From contig CAWHTE010000011.1 of assembly GCA_963832165.1 (NCBI GenBank), positions 888,763 through 952,762 of the forward strand: DNA of 64,000 bases, given 5' to 3'. The translations under genes were made by a program, and so were the position numbers. The first letter of the stretch is position 1; every line of letters begins with the position of its first letter. The notes below the pieces were generated by a model that worked only from the letters and a program-made list of their open reading frames with translations, made no database searches and was not told the origin of the DNA. Positions 1 through 9,903 of this stretch are shown here, one piece after another. The stretch comes from an uncultured delta proteobacterium. GTDB taxonomy: Bacteria > Myxococcota_A > UBA9160 > SMWR01.

Positions 1-2
1 GA

Positions 3-449
3 CTCAACGTCGTCCAGCTCGCGGTCCCGCCGCTCCGAGAGCGTCCTCTCGACATTCCGCTCATGGTGGACCACTTCTTCGCACGGATCTGCGCGAGCCT
101 GGGGAAGCCGCTGCGCGCGATCAGCGCCGACGCGCTCGAGCGGCTGGTCGCGTACCGCTGGCCCGGCAACGTGCGCGAGCTCGAGAACGTGATCGAGCGC
201 GCCGTGATCCTGGCCGACGGCGACAGCATCACGGCCGTGGAGCTGCCTGCGAACGTTGTGGGACACCCCGTGCCCGCTCGCGGGGAAACCTCGTTCGCAC
301 TCAAGCCAGCGCGCAGGGTGCTGGAGGCTGACATGATCCGCGGCGCGCTCCGCGCCGCGGGCGGCAACCGAACGCATGCCGCACGACTGCTCGAGATCAG
401 CCACCGGGCATTGCTCTACAAGCTGAAGGAATACGAGATCGCCGACTGA
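3..449 (+). CDS. pilR: Sigma-54-dependent transcriptional activator, C-terminal part (PilR/NtrC-like), truncated by window start
   Basis: Frame open from base 3 (LNVVQLAVPPLRER), WPGNVRELEN AAA+ motif, Fis-type HTH (GGNRTHAARLLEISHRALLYKL). The pilR name rests on adjacency to the pilin operon and a sigma-54 promoter. Confidence 0.75.
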   Translation, partial: LNVVQLAVPPLRERPLDIPLMVDHFFARICASLGKPLRAISADALERLVAYRWPGNVRELENVIERAVILADGDSITAVELPANVVGHPVPARGETSFALKPARRVLEADMIRGALRAAGGNRTHAARLLEISHRALLYKLKEYEIAD

Positions 450-578
450 GCATGCGAACGTCACTACGCACGCAGCTGCGTAGCGCGAACGAAATTGCGG
501 ACCGCAGCGGACCGGATCGATGTGCAGCTCGCCCGCCAACTCCGCGCGAACGCGGCGTTCGGATTCTCGGTCCTCGAC

Positions 579-594
579 TGGTACGGAGCTTGCT
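579..594 (+). promoter_or_regulatory. Sigma-54 (-24/-12) promoter of the minor-pilin operon
   Basis: TGGTAC-GGAGC-TTGCT with exact GG-N10-GC spacing (GG 580-581, GC 592-593), 75 nt upstream of ATG 669 and directly downstream of a sigma-54 activator gene. Confidence 0.8.
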
Positions 595-668
595 CTGTGA
601 CCCGGGCGGTGACCCCGATGGAGTCAAGGTTCCAGCTGCGATTGTCGATGAAAAAGCCCAGAGATCCC

Positions 669-1382
669 ATGGCGAACTGCGTTCATAGCTCGATCGTTCG
701 CGCGCGGACGCGCGAGCGCGGCGCCACGCTCACAGAACTCGCCACCGTCCTCGCGGTCGCTGGCGTGCTCATCATGATGGCGGTGCCCAACACGCTGCGC
801 TGGCAGCGCGACCAGCGGGTCAAGGGCGCGGCGCACGACGTGGCCGACCTGCTCGTGCTCGCGCGCTCCGAATCGACGCGCACGGGCAATCGCCACGTGG
901 TGATCTACGGCCCGCCCGGAACCCAGGATCCGGCCGGCACCGCGATCACGGGTCCGAACGGCACGGTGCCGTTTCTCGTGCTGAACGACGGCGCGGCCGC
1001 GACTGCCAACTGCCAGATCGACGCGGGCGAGGCGAAGAGCGTTGTCGACCCCGTGCGCGACGTGCGCTGGGGCGTTGCGCTCGCGACCGTGCGCGCACCC
1101 GGCGACACGGGCGCCGCCGCGTTCTCGCCGCCGCAGACGAGTGGCGGCACGACCGCCACGCCCGCGAACGGCGCGGTGCCGTGGTTCCTGTTCCGGCCCG
1201 ACGGCGTCCCCGTGCGCTTCACGGGAGCGCTCGGCAGCTGCGGGGCGATCGGCGCCACCGCGCTCGGCGGCGCCGCGTTCTACCTCACGAACGGCACGCG
1301 CGACTACGCGGTCGTGATGACGCCGCTCGGCGGCGTGCGCGTGCACGTCTGGGATCAGATGGCGGGGGCGTGGAAGTCATGA
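669..1382 (+). CDS. Type IV minor pilin, FimU/FimT (GspH)-like
   Basis: Basic leader then G|ATLTE prepilin-like cleavage site, hydrophobic helix, LARSES..GNRHVV FimT-like segment; first gene of an overlapping pilin operon. Confidence 0.75.
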   Translation: MANCVHSSIVRARTRERGATLTELATVLAVAGVLIMMAVPNTLRWQRDQRVKGAAHDVADLLVLARSESTRTGNRHVVIYGPPGTQDPAGTAITGPNGTVPFLVLNDGAAATANCQIDAGEAKSVVDPVRDVRWGVALATVRAPGDTGAAAFSPPQTSGGTTATPANGAVPWFLFRPDGVPVRFTGALGSCGAIGATALGGAAFYLTNGTRDYAVVMTPLGGVRVHVWDQMAGAWKS

Positions 1383-1804
1383 TGCGGCGCAATCGCTCGA
1401 GCTCCGGGTTCACGCTGATCGAGATCATGATGGCGCTCTCGCTGCTCGGGATCGGGCTGCTCTCGCTCGCCGCGATGCAGCTCACCGCGATGCAGTACGG
1501 CGCCCGTGGGCGGCACCTGACCAAGGCGGCTGCGATCGCCGAGGTCCAGATGGAGACGCTGATGCGCCAGCGCTGGACGGACCTCGCGCCGACGGGTGGC
1601 TGGACCGGCCCCGTCACGGTGAACGAGGTGGTCCAGGGACCGGCCAACTCGACCGAGCAGGCCTACAGCGTGTCCTGGCAGATCGCCAACGTCGACGTGG
1701 GCCGCACGCGCAGCATCGACGTGCGCGTGCAGTGGGACGAGCGCAACCGCGCCGGCCGCCAGTACGGCGTTTCGAGCATGCGATTCAATCATGAAGGGTT
1801 GTAA
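1379..1804 (+). CDS. pilV: Type IV minor pilin PilV-like
   Basis: G|FTLIE site, LGIGLLSLAAMQ helix, C-terminal IDVRVQW; ATGA overlap with the previous stop. Confidence 0.75.
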   Translation: MMRRNRSSSGFTLIEIMMALSLLGIGLLSLAAMQLTAMQYGARGRHLTKAAAIAEVQMETLMRQRWTDLAPTGGWTGPVTVNEVVQGPANSTEQAYSVSWQIANVDVGRTRSIDVRVQWDERNRAGRQYGVSSMRFNHEGL

Positions 1805-2792
1805 CCCGGTGCGCAGAGCCGGCTTCACGTTGATCGAGATGCTCACGGTGGTCGCGATCTTCGGCCTCGTCGCGGTCTACGTCGGCCGCATCCTCATGGT
1901 GAACGAGCGCGCCTACCACACCGTGGAAGAGACGAGCGAGTCGCAGCAGAACCTGCGCGTGTTCGGCGAGCTCGTGGAGGACCAGATCCGGCACGCGGGC
2001 ATGATGGTGTCGCGCAACGGGGCCGTGTGCGGTCGCGACTTCACGAACGCGCCGGACGTGCTCTACGTGAGCGACGCGGCCGCGATCGACCCGCAGGACG
2101 ACTTCGCCGTCTACCCTGGCCCGACGATCACCGGCGGCGTCACCAACCTGAACGTCGGCTCCTCGCAGACACTCACGCTCAGCTCGCTGATCGTCGAGCC
2201 GTCGCCGCCGAGCCGGCCCGCCTACGACACGGACGTCAACGGCGCCGCCGACAGCGACTTCCGCGTGAACGGCGGCGTGATCGTGTTCGACAGCGCGAAC
2301 CCCGGACGCGGCAACGCGTGCGGGCGCGTCACGGCGGTGAACGTCGGGGCCAGCCAGATCACCGTTCTCGGAGCGGCCGCGATGGCCGCCGGCGCCGGCA
2401 CCATGCTCGTGGCTGTGCCCGCCAACGAGTACCAGGTGGTCGGCACGCAGCTGCGCTGGAACAACGTCGCACTCGCGGACGGCATCGAGGACTTCCAGAT
2501 CGCCTACGTCTTCGACCAGGACGGCGACAACGTGATCGACGGCAACACCGACCTGCGCAGCTTCGGCGGCGCGGGCACCACGAACTACACGTCGTCGGAG
2601 CTCCAGCCGAACATGATGCGCGAGATCCAGGTCGGCATCGTGTCCCGCGCGCGCTTGGCCGATGCCACCTTCTCGGGCCGGCCCCAGGCGCTGCTCAACC
2701 GCGCCGCCGTCACGGCGGCGGACGGCTTCCGGCGCCGCACGTTCGAGACGCGCGTGCTGCTGCGCAACCTCGCCACGAGGATCGACTCATGA
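1791..2792 (+). CDS. pilW: Type IV minor pilin PilW-like
   Basis: G|FTLIE site, QQNLR motif, LADGIEDFQIAY..D.DGD and C-terminal RRRTFETRVLLRN typical of PilW. Confidence 0.8.
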   Translation: MKGCNPVRRAGFTLIEMLTVVAIFGLVAVYVGRILMVNERAYHTVEETSESQQNLRVFGELVEDQIRHAGMMVSRNGAVCGRDFTNAPDVLYVSDAAAIDPQDDFAVYPGPTITGGVTNLNVGSSQTLTLSSLIVEPSPPSRPAYDTDVNGAADSDFRVNGGVIVFDSANPGRGNACGRVTAVNVGASQITVLGAAAMAAGAGTMLVAVPANEYQVVGTQLRWNNVALADGIEDFQIAYVFDQDGDNVIDGNTDLRSFGGAGTTNYTSSELQPNMMREIQVGIVSRARLADATFSGRPQALLNRAAVTAADGFRRRTFETRVLLRNLATRIDS

Positions 2793-3280
2793 TGACCTTC
2801 CGCTCGCATGATTCGCGTTCCGCGCCGCGGCGCGAAGCGGGCATCGCGCTGCTCGCGTCCGTGCTGCTTCTCTTGATGCTGGCATCGATCGGGATCGCGG
2901 CGCTCAACGTGGTCGAGCGCGACCAACAGGTTGCGGGCTATCTCAACCGCAAGGCGATGGCGCTGCACGCAGCCGACGCTGCGATTGCGCGCGCGCTCGG
3001 GACAATGGACGCGACCGGCACGCCGAGCGTGCCCAACACGTCGATGGGCGACGCGTCGCTCTATCCGGGTGGTCAGCCGTCGTATCGCACCGACACGACG
3101 GCTGCCGATCCGATCAAGAAGGCGGGCATCGGAGCGCTCGGCGGCCACACGCTCAACATCGGGGCAGGCGGCGGGGCGCAGTTCCAGGTGCAGTACTGGA
3201 AGATCCGCGTGCAGGGCGAGGCGCCCGGCGGCTCGATCGCGCGCGTCGAGGTGCTGACCGGATCGCTGCTCGCACCCTAG
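2789..3280 (+). CDS. pilX: Type IV minor pilin PilX-like
   Basis: RREAG|IALLA with no Glu5 (PilX/GspK trait), ALHAADAAI motif, position between PilW and PilY1. Confidence 0.7.
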   Translation: MMTFRSHDSRSAPRREAGIALLASVLLLLMLASIGIAALNVVERDQQVAGYLNRKAMALHAADAAIARALGTMDATGTPSVPNTSMGDASLYPGGQPSYRTDTTAADPIKKAGIGALGGHTLNIGAGGGAQFQVQYWKIRVQGEAPGGSIARVEVLTGSLLAP

Positions 3281-3343
3281 CACGCGTCCAATCCAAGACA
3301 CGAGAAAACCCGTTTCGGGAGGGGCCTCGAAAGGGGAGAAGAC

Positions 3344-6300
3344 ATGCGAATCAACCATAACCGCGCACGACGGATCGCGACTCTGGCCGCAATCGCGGCC
3401 CTCGCGGTACCGCGCGCGGCGATCACCGAGACCGTCGACGACACGTTCCTGATCACGACGAGCGTCAAGCCGAACGTGATCCTGATCCTCGACAACTCGA
3501 CCACGATGAACCAGATCGAGTGGCACCCGGCGTTCAATCCGGCCACGGCGCCCACCTGCGCCGGCATCGATCCGAACACCGAGTATGTCGGGACGGGCAA
3601 CAACGAGACCTACTGCGGGAACACCCGCAGGATGTACAAGGTGACCGCGGGCGGAGCCCCCGCGACGCTCTGGAATGGCAAGTATCTGGCCTGGTACTAC
3701 AGCTTGAGCACGGCGGTTCCCGCGGAGAACGCGATCCTCAACCAGATCGCGACCAGCGTCGTCACGGTCGCGGGCTGCAACACAGCGGGCGCCGGAACGC
3801 GATTCACGGCGCAGTTCCGCCGCACGCGCGCCGACGCCATGCGCCAGGTCTTCTTCGACGTGCTGTGCCTCTCGGAGCCGAAGGGCCTGCGCTTCGGCCT
3901 CGGAGTGCTTCGCCTTGCCGCCGACGCCGGCAGCGTCGACCCCAACGGCGGCTATATCGCCGCGGCCGTCGACGACAATACGCCGGCCCACGCGGCCGAT
4001 CTCGAGGCGCACATCGGCAATACGAAGATCAACGATCCGGGGACGCCCCTCACCGAGGCAGTCTTCCAGTACTACACGTACCTGATGCCGCGCACCAACG
4101 GGAGCATTCCCTACGGCAAGGGCGGCCCCCCTACGCGGTTCCCGAAATACGTCTACAACAAGAACGGCGACGACTCGACTGCGGCCGGCGGTCGCCTCGG
4201 CGACCCGGTGCAGCAGGCCTGCCAGAAGAACTACATGATCCTCGTGACGAGCGGGCTCGCGACGCGCGACGACTTCGACACGGACCCCGCAACCACGTCG
4301 CAGGGCTTCGCCGACTTCGTCACGCTGGTCGGCGACTACTATTCCGAAGGCGACACCGAGGTTCCGGGAACGACGGACGAGCGCACGCTCTACCTCGACG
4401 ACCTCACGAAGTACATGCACGAGAACGACCTGCGCCCGGATTTCGACGACGATCAGACGATCGACTTCTACACGATCGGCTTCGGCACCACGGCGGCAGA
4501 CAACGCGTACCTGAGCCGCGTCTCCGAAGGGGTCGGAGGCGGGCTCCACTTCACGGTGCAGGACGGAGATGCACTGTCGCAGGCGCTCGTCGACGCGCTC
4601 AACGACATCGTCGAGAAGTCGCGTTCGTTCACGGCGGCCACGGTTCCGTCGGCACGCACCGCCGACGGCGGCGACTTCTACAACAGCTTCTTCCTGCCGT
4701 CGGACAAGACGGCTTTCTGGGAGGGCCACCTGCGCGCATGGCACTTCACGGCTGCGGGTGAGATCGTCGACAGCGACGATCATTGCGCGCTCGTCGACCC
4801 GGACGGCGGATCCGAGTGCAACGACGGCCCGTTCCAGGTGTCCTGCCAGACGGGCGAAATGTGGCCGGACTGCGTCAATCCGTTCTGGGACGCCGGCGAT
4901 GCGACGCGCCTCACGCTCGATCCGGGCGCCGCCAATCCTACGACTACCCCATGGCCGGTCCCCGGCAACAACGCGCGCCAGCTCTACACGTCGAAGCTCT
5001 TCAGCGGAACACCCACGCTCGTCAACTTCGACATGGCCCTCACGAGGGCTGATCTCAAGCTCCTGACCTTCACAGTCGCCGGCACCGCGGGCATTCCCGC
5101 CGACCCGAGTCCGAACAGCGACTTGTACACGAGCAAGGGCAGCCAGGCCCTCAACGCGGACGGGCTCGCCGACGAGGTGGTCGCATACGCGCGTGGCTGC
5201 TTCTTCGGCACGGGCGTGACGGGTGCGAACATCCAGCCCGCACCCGACGGCCAGAAGCCCTGCGCGGAGCGCGGCTGGCTGATCGGGGACATCTTCCACT
5301 CCGACCCGATCGTGGTGCGCAACCCGGCGGTTCGCGAGCTCGATTCCAGCTACGACGCTTTCCGCACGACGTATGGCTCCCGCGATCGCGTGATCTACAC
5401 CGGCACGAACGGCGGCTATCTCGAGGCGTTCCACGCGGGAGACTGGATCTCCACACCCAGCCCCGGGAAGTACGACGAGGGCACCGGCGTGGAGATATTC
5501 GGCTTCATGCCCTGGGAGCCGCGCACCAAGATCAAGAACCAGCCGATCGACGCGCCGACCAACCGGACGCACTACGTCGACGGCGCACCGCAGGTAGCGG
5601 ACGCTTGGTTCTACAGCGGCGCCAAGAGCGCCGTGAAGGCCGAGGCCGACTGGCACACCGTGCTCGCGGGCGGTCTGCGCGAGGGTGGCCGGCACTACTA
5701 CGCCCTCGATGTCACGAACCCTTCGAAGCTCACGGGGACCGGAAAGCCGCAGTATCCGGAGCTCCTCTGGGAGTTCCCGACCGAGGCCGACTTCAACTCG
5801 GGTACGGGCGACTATGTGAACATGGGCGAGACCTGGGGCCAGCCGATCATGGCGCGCGTGCGATTGCGCGTCTGCGATCCCACCTGCAGCGACAACGGCG
5901 GGCAGGGATTCGAGCGCTGGGTGGCGATCGTTACGGGCGGCTACGACGCCTCGAGCGACCCGAACCCCACCGTGGTGGACCCGAGCGCGGCGTACAGCGC
6001 CACCTCGACGAAGGGCCGCGGGATCTACATGATCGATCTCAAGACGGGAGCGGTGATCGCGCAGCAGAAGGTGACCACGCCCGGGGCGCCTCCGGCCCTG
6101 AATACCGGCACGGTCCAGAACCAGATGCAGTACTCGATCCTGTCGACGCCGAGCGTGATCGACATCGACGCGGACGGCTTCGCCGACCTGGTCTTCGTCG
6201 GCGACCTGGGCGGCAACCTCTTCAAGTGGGTGATCAAGCCGATCGGCGAGGACCGCGTGAACGACGGCTCGGGCCTGCGCACGCAGCCCGCCTGGAAGTT

Positions 6301-7027
6301 CCAGCACTTGTTCCAGGCGCCGACCTTCACCGGGAGCCCCGGGAGCACGAAGTACTACAAGAACATCTTCCAACCGCCGTCGGCCGCGTACGTGAACAAC
6401 ACGCTCTGGCTCGGCTTCGGCACCGGCGAGCGCGCGGCGATCGGCTTCACGGATCGGCTGACCGACGGCGACGATCCCACCGACGCGACCGCCGACGACG
6501 AGGACCACACCGGTGAGGAGAACCGCTTCTACGCGATCAACGATCCCGACCCGCTCGCGACCGCGGCCACCGCGCCCAACGTGGTGACGGAAGCCGTGCT
6601 GACCGACATCACGACGGTGGGCACGCCCGTGACCTCGCAGCGCGGCTACTACTTCAAGTCGAGCAACGCCGAGAAGTTCGTCACCACCACGGTGATCTTC
6701 GCGGGCAAAGTGATCACGGCCTCGTTCACGCCCTCACAGATCCAGCCGGGCGCCCCGGGCTGGGACCCGTGCACTCAGCGCGGCAACGGCAAGCTCTACA
6801 TCTTCGACCTCAGGACCGGGAAGGGCGTATTCGACGACGGTGCGGGCGGCGAGCAGCGCTACACCGACATCGGCTCGGGCCTGCCGACCGATCCGAAGAT
6901 ATCGATCGGCGTCGGCGGCGACGACAACAAGATCGTGATCCAGAAGAGCGGCACCGACATCCAGATCTTCGATGCGGAAGACGTGAGCTTTGGCCGCGGG
7001 ATCATCTACTGGCGCGAGTTGCACTGA
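3344..7027 (+). CDS. pilY1: PilY1/PilC-type type IV pilus tip adhesin (1227 aa)
   Basis: Signal peptide, vWA-like N-terminus (PNVILILDNSTTM, TPLTEA, CQKNYMILVT, YTIGF), PilC beta-propeller motifs (IGDIFHSDP, GTNGGYLEAF, YVDGAP, YYALDVT, MGETW, DIDADGFAD). Confidence 0.9.
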   Translation: MRINHNRARRIATLAAIAALAVPRAAITETVDDTFLITTSVKPNVILILDNSTTMNQIEWHPAFNPATAPTCAGIDPNTEYVGTGNNETYCGNTRRMYKVTAGGAPATLWNGKYLAWYYSLSTAVPAENAILNQIATSVVTVAGCNTAGAGTRFTAQFRRTRADAMRQVFFDVLCLSEPKGLRFGLGVLRLAADAGSVDPNGGYIAAAVDDNTPAHAADLEAHIGNTKINDPGTPLTEAVFQYYTYLMPRTNGSIPYGKGGPPTRFPKYVYNKNGDDSTAAGGRLGDPVQQACQKNYMILVTSGLATRDDFDTDPATTSQGFADFVTLVGDYYSEGDTEVPGTTDERTLYLDDLTKYMHENDLRPDFDDDQTIDFYTIGFGTTAADNAYLSRVSEGVGGGLHFTVQDGDALSQALVDALNDIVEKSRSFTAATVPSARTADGGDFYNSFFLPSDKTAFWEGHLRAWHFTAAGEIVDSDDHCALVDPDGGSECNDGPFQVSCQTGEMWPDCVNPFWDAGDATRLTLDPGAANPTTTPWPVPGNNARQLYTSKLFSGTPTLVNFDMALTRADLKLLTFTVAGTAGIPADPSPNSDLYTSKGSQALNADGLADEVVAYARGCFFGTGVTGANIQPAPDGQKPCAERGWLIGDIFHSDPIVVRNPAVRELDSSYDAFRTTYGSRDRVIYTGTNGGYLEAFHAGDWISTPSPGKYDEGTGVEIFGFMPWEPRTKIKNQPIDAPTNRTHYVDGAPQVADAWFYSGAKSAVKAEADWHTVLAGGLREGGRHYYALDVTNPSKLTGTGKPQYPELLWEFPTEADFNSGTGDYVNMGETWGQPIMARVRLRVCDPTCSDNGGQGFERWVAIVTGGYDASSDPNPTVVDPSAAYSATSTKGRGIYMIDLKTGAVIAQQKVTTPGAPPALNTGTVQNQMQYSILSTPSVIDIDADGFADLVFVGDLGGNLFKWVIKPIGEDRVNDGSGLRTQPAWKFQHLFQAPTFTGSPGSTKYYKNIFQPPSAAYVNNTLWLGFGTGERAAIGFTDRLTDGDDPTDATADDEDHTGEENRFYAINDPDPLATAATAPNVVTEAVLTDITTVGTPVTSQRGYYFKSSNAEKFVTTTVIFAGKVITASFTPSQIQPGAPGWDPCTQRGNGKLYIFDLRTGKGVFDDGAGGEQRYTDIGSGLPTDPKISIGVGGDDNKIVIQKSGTDIQIFDAEDVSFGRGIIYWRELH

Positions 7028-7049
7028 TCAGTCTGCAGGGGGGAATGTC

Positions 7050-8069
7050 ATGCGAGGACTCGCGATCGGCTTCGCGATCGGGGCGCTGTGCGTGGGCTGT
7101 GGCGAGGGCGCACCGCCCGCGCCCACGTCCGCGACGGCGTCGCTCGAGTTCGGCGAGGCGGCTGGCAACCGCGCTCCGATCATCGAATCGGTGCGCCTCG
7201 ATCCGGCCGAGCCCGCGCAGAGCGCCACCGTGAGCGCGGTGGTGATGGCGCGCGATCCCGACGGCCAGCCCGTGAAGCTCGTCCACCGCTGGTTCGTCGA
7301 TGGCGCCGAGCAGCGCACGGACGCCCCGACCTTCGCGCTCGAAGGCGTGGCCAAGGGCGCGGAGATCCGTGTGTCGGTGGTCGCGAGCGATGGCGTGCTC
7401 ACGAGCGACGCGATGGAATGGTCAGCGCGCGTGATCGATCGCCTGCCGCAGATCACCTCCGCGGTGCTCGCGCCGGAGGGATCGGTGGCCTCCGGCCAGC
7501 CGATCAGCGCACGGGCGGCCGCCGCGGATCCCGATGGCGACCCGGTCGACTTCGAGTACGCCTGGTTCGTGAACGGCGAGCGCCGCAGCGACACCGGCTC
7601 GGTGCTCGCGACCGACGGATTGAAGGGTGGAGATGCGATCTACGCCGAGGTGCGCGCGAGCGACGGGAGCAACTGGAGCGATCCGCAGCGCACCGCGAGC
7701 GTGAGCATCGGCGGCGCCCATCCCGAGATCACCTCGACGCCGCCCGGGCCCCGCGAGGACGGCGAGTTCCGCTACCAGGTGGTTGCGGTCGATCCCGACG
7801 GCGACAAACGGCTGCGTTATTCGCTCGAGCAGGGTCCGGACGGGATGGCGATCGACGACGTGGTCGGCACGTTGACCTGGCGCCCTCACGAGGCCAAGCC
7901 GGGCGTTCACTCCGTGATCGTGGTCGTGCGCGACTCGAGCGGACTCGAGACGAAGCAGTCGTTCTCGGTGACCTTGGCAGAGAGGACGGAGACGATCGCG
8001 GCGCCCCAGGGCCGCCACAACCGTCTCCGGAAGCCCGCCGAACCGACGCCCGCGTCGCCCGAGGAGTAG
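7050..8069 (+). CDS. Lipoprotein with three tandem Ig/cadherin-like repeats
   Basis: Lipobox (CVG|C), three repeats each with P.I.S...DPDG(D/Q), the last resembling He_PIG (PDGMAIDDVVGTLTWRP). Confidence 0.7.
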   Translation: MRGLAIGFAIGALCVGCGEGAPPAPTSATASLEFGEAAGNRAPIIESVRLDPAEPAQSATVSAVVMARDPDGQPVKLVHRWFVDGAEQRTDAPTFALEGVAKGAEIRVSVVASDGVLTSDAMEWSARVIDRLPQITSAVLAPEGSVASGQPISARAAAADPDGDPVDFEYAWFVNGERRSDTGSVLATDGLKGGDAIYAEVRASDGSNWSDPQRTASVSIGGAHPEITSTPPGPREDGEFRYQVVAVDPDGDKRLRYSLEQGPDGMAIDDVVGTLTWRPHEAKPGVHSVIVVVRDSSGLETKQSFSVTLAERTETIAAPQGRHNRLRKPAEPTPASPEE

Positions 8070-8104
8070 ACCCGCTAGCCTGTGCCCCGCCTCGAGGAGG
8101 GCCC

Positions 8105-9442
8105 ATGGCGCGGCTGGATCTCACGGTCGACCCGAAGAGTGAGTACGAACGCAAGCTCATGACGGCCGAGCAGGCGGCCGGGATGGTCGAATCGGGCGAC
8201 CTGATCTGGATCCCGAGCACGCACGTCCCGCCCGCGATCATGGCCGTGCTCGCGACGCGCGAGAGCGAGCTGCGCGACGTCACGATCCGCAGCGTGGCAC
8301 TTCCGAACATGGGCTGGTTCCGCGAGGACGCCGCGGTCGCGTGGAACCTGCAGGTGCAGTACGCGATCGTGCCCGACAACCGCCAGGCGCTCGTGGACCG
8401 CGTGATCGACTGCCAACCGCTCGCGATGATCCGCGAGCACAAGGTGCGCGACACGCGACCGGGTGAAGAGCGCCCGATCGACAATCTCTTCCTCGTCGTA
8501 TCGCCTCCGAATCCCCAGGGCTGGGTCTGCGTGGGCAACTCGGTGTGGGACGCCGTGACGAGCGCGCCGCGCGCGAAGCGCGTGATCGTCGAGCAGAGCG
8601 CCGCGGTTCCGCTCACCACGGGAGACAGCTGGCTCCATGTGTCGCAGCTCGATGCGATCGTACTGGGCGACCGCCCGCGCCTCGCGCTGCCGGATCCCGA
8701 CCCCGCGAACTTCCCCGCGAGCGATCACGGCATCGCCGCGAATCTCAAGACACTCGTGAAGGACGGCGCGACGATCCAGCTCGGGCTCGGCAAGCGCACC
8801 ACGGCCGCGATGCTGCTCGGCGCGTTCGATCACGCGAACGACCTCGGCTATTTCGGCGAGCTGACCGTGCCCGGCACGATCGAGCGCGCGCGGCGCGGCA
8901 TCATCACGAGCAAGTACGCCGAGGTGCACCCGAACCGCTTCGTGTCGTGCAACATGGGCAACAGCTCCGAGGACATGGACACGATCGAGGGCAATCCGTT
9001 CTACGAGCTCGCCTCGTACGAACACACCAACGACCCGCAGACGATCGCGCGCCACGACGACATGCTCACGATCAACTGCGCGCTCGGAATCGATCTGACC
9101 GGTCAGATCGCCGTGTACGCACTCGGTCCGTTCGTGTACACGGGTCTGGGCGGCCAGCTCGCGTTCCACCTGGGCGCGTTTCTGTCCAAGCGCGGCCGCG
9201 CCGTGACACTGATCCCGTCCTCGGCGAAGGGCGGCAAGCTCTCCACGATCGTTCCGCAGTTCGGCGCGGGCCAGATCGTCTCGATCCCGCGCGAGCTCGC
9301 CGACACGATCGTCACCGAGCACGGCGTGGCACATCTGCTCGGCAAGAGCGTGCGCGAGCGCGCTGCGGCGCTGTGCGAGGTGGCCCATCCTGACCACCGC
9401 GACTGGCTGCAGAGCGAGGCGAAGCGGCTGTTCTATCCCTAG
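8105..9442 (+). CDS. Acetyl-CoA hydrolase / 4-hydroxybutyrate CoA-transferase family
   Basis: DGATIQLGLG, TNDP..IA, IN.AL.IDLTGQ, GLGGQ..F..GA..S, VTEHGVAHL.GKS..ERA..L..VAHPDHR; SD GAGGAGG. Confidence 0.85.
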   Translation: MARLDLTVDPKSEYERKLMTAEQAAGMVESGDLIWIPSTHVPPAIMAVLATRESELRDVTIRSVALPNMGWFREDAAVAWNLQVQYAIVPDNRQALVDRVIDCQPLAMIREHKVRDTRPGEERPIDNLFLVVSPPNPQGWVCVGNSVWDAVTSAPRAKRVIVEQSAAVPLTTGDSWLHVSQLDAIVLGDRPRLALPDPDPANFPASDHGIAANLKTLVKDGATIQLGLGKRTTAAMLLGAFDHANDLGYFGELTVPGTIERARRGIITSKYAEVHPNRFVSCNMGNSSEDMDTIEGNPFYELASYEHTNDPQTIARHDDMLTINCALGIDLTGQIAVYALGPFVYTGLGGQLAFHLGAFLSKRGRAVTLIPSSAKGGKLSTIVPQFGAGQIVSIPRELADTIVTEHGVAHLLGKSVRERAAALCEVAHPDHRDWLQSEAKRLFYP

Positions 9443-9903
9443 AGGCGCTTTTCCCCGAAGAACGTCGCCACCGGGTTGGCGTTGAAGTTGCCGATCGGCA
9501 GGTAGCCCGCGCGCTCGTACATGCGCTGCGCACGCGGCTGACGCGGGCCGGTGTCGAGGCGCGCAATCGAATAACCGAGGTCGCGCGCGCGCCTCTCGAG
9601 CTCCTCGAGCAGCGCTCGCGCGACACCTCGCCCGCGCGCCTTCTCGACCACGAACATCTTCTTGATCTCGCACGCGCCGTCGGGCAGCCGCTTCAGACCG
9701 CCGCAGCACACGGGCAGGCCCTCTTCGAGGCCCACGACGAACGTTCCGCCGGGCGGTCCGAGCTCTGCGGGCCCGCCCTTCGGCATGTCCGGCCCGTCGA
9801 GCGCGAGCCCTTCGTAGATCGCCGCGATCTCGTCGCGCATGCCCGCGACGAGTGTGGCGGCGGGCTCGTCCTCCATCGGACACGTGCGGAACTCGAGCGT
9901 CAC
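9439..9903 (-). CDS. GNAT family acetyltransferase
   Basis: CGGLK, EIKKMFV, ARGRGVARALL, RLDTG..QP.A..MY...GY; GTG start overlaps the crotonase stop. Confidence 0.85.
   Translation of the reverse strand: MTLEFRTCPMEDEPAATLVAGMRDEIAAIYEGLALDGPDMPKGGPAELGPPGGTFVVGLEEGLPVCCGGLKRLPDGACEIKKMFVVEKARGRGVARALLEELERRARDLGYSIARLDTGPRQPRAQRMYERAGYLPIGNFNANPVATFFGEKRL

Noticed and set aside
3281..3343. Small hairpins before pilY1 as a possible c-di-GMP riboswitch
   Set aside because: Too short and lacks the GGCAAA/GACG/GCC core; only an SD is supportable.
2585..6508. 1307-aa minus-strand ORF and other long antisense ORFs (e.g. 31418-34444, 30514-33654, 48324-51269)
   Set aside because: They overlap genes with clear motifs and have no motifs of their own; typical shadow ORFs of high-GC DNA.
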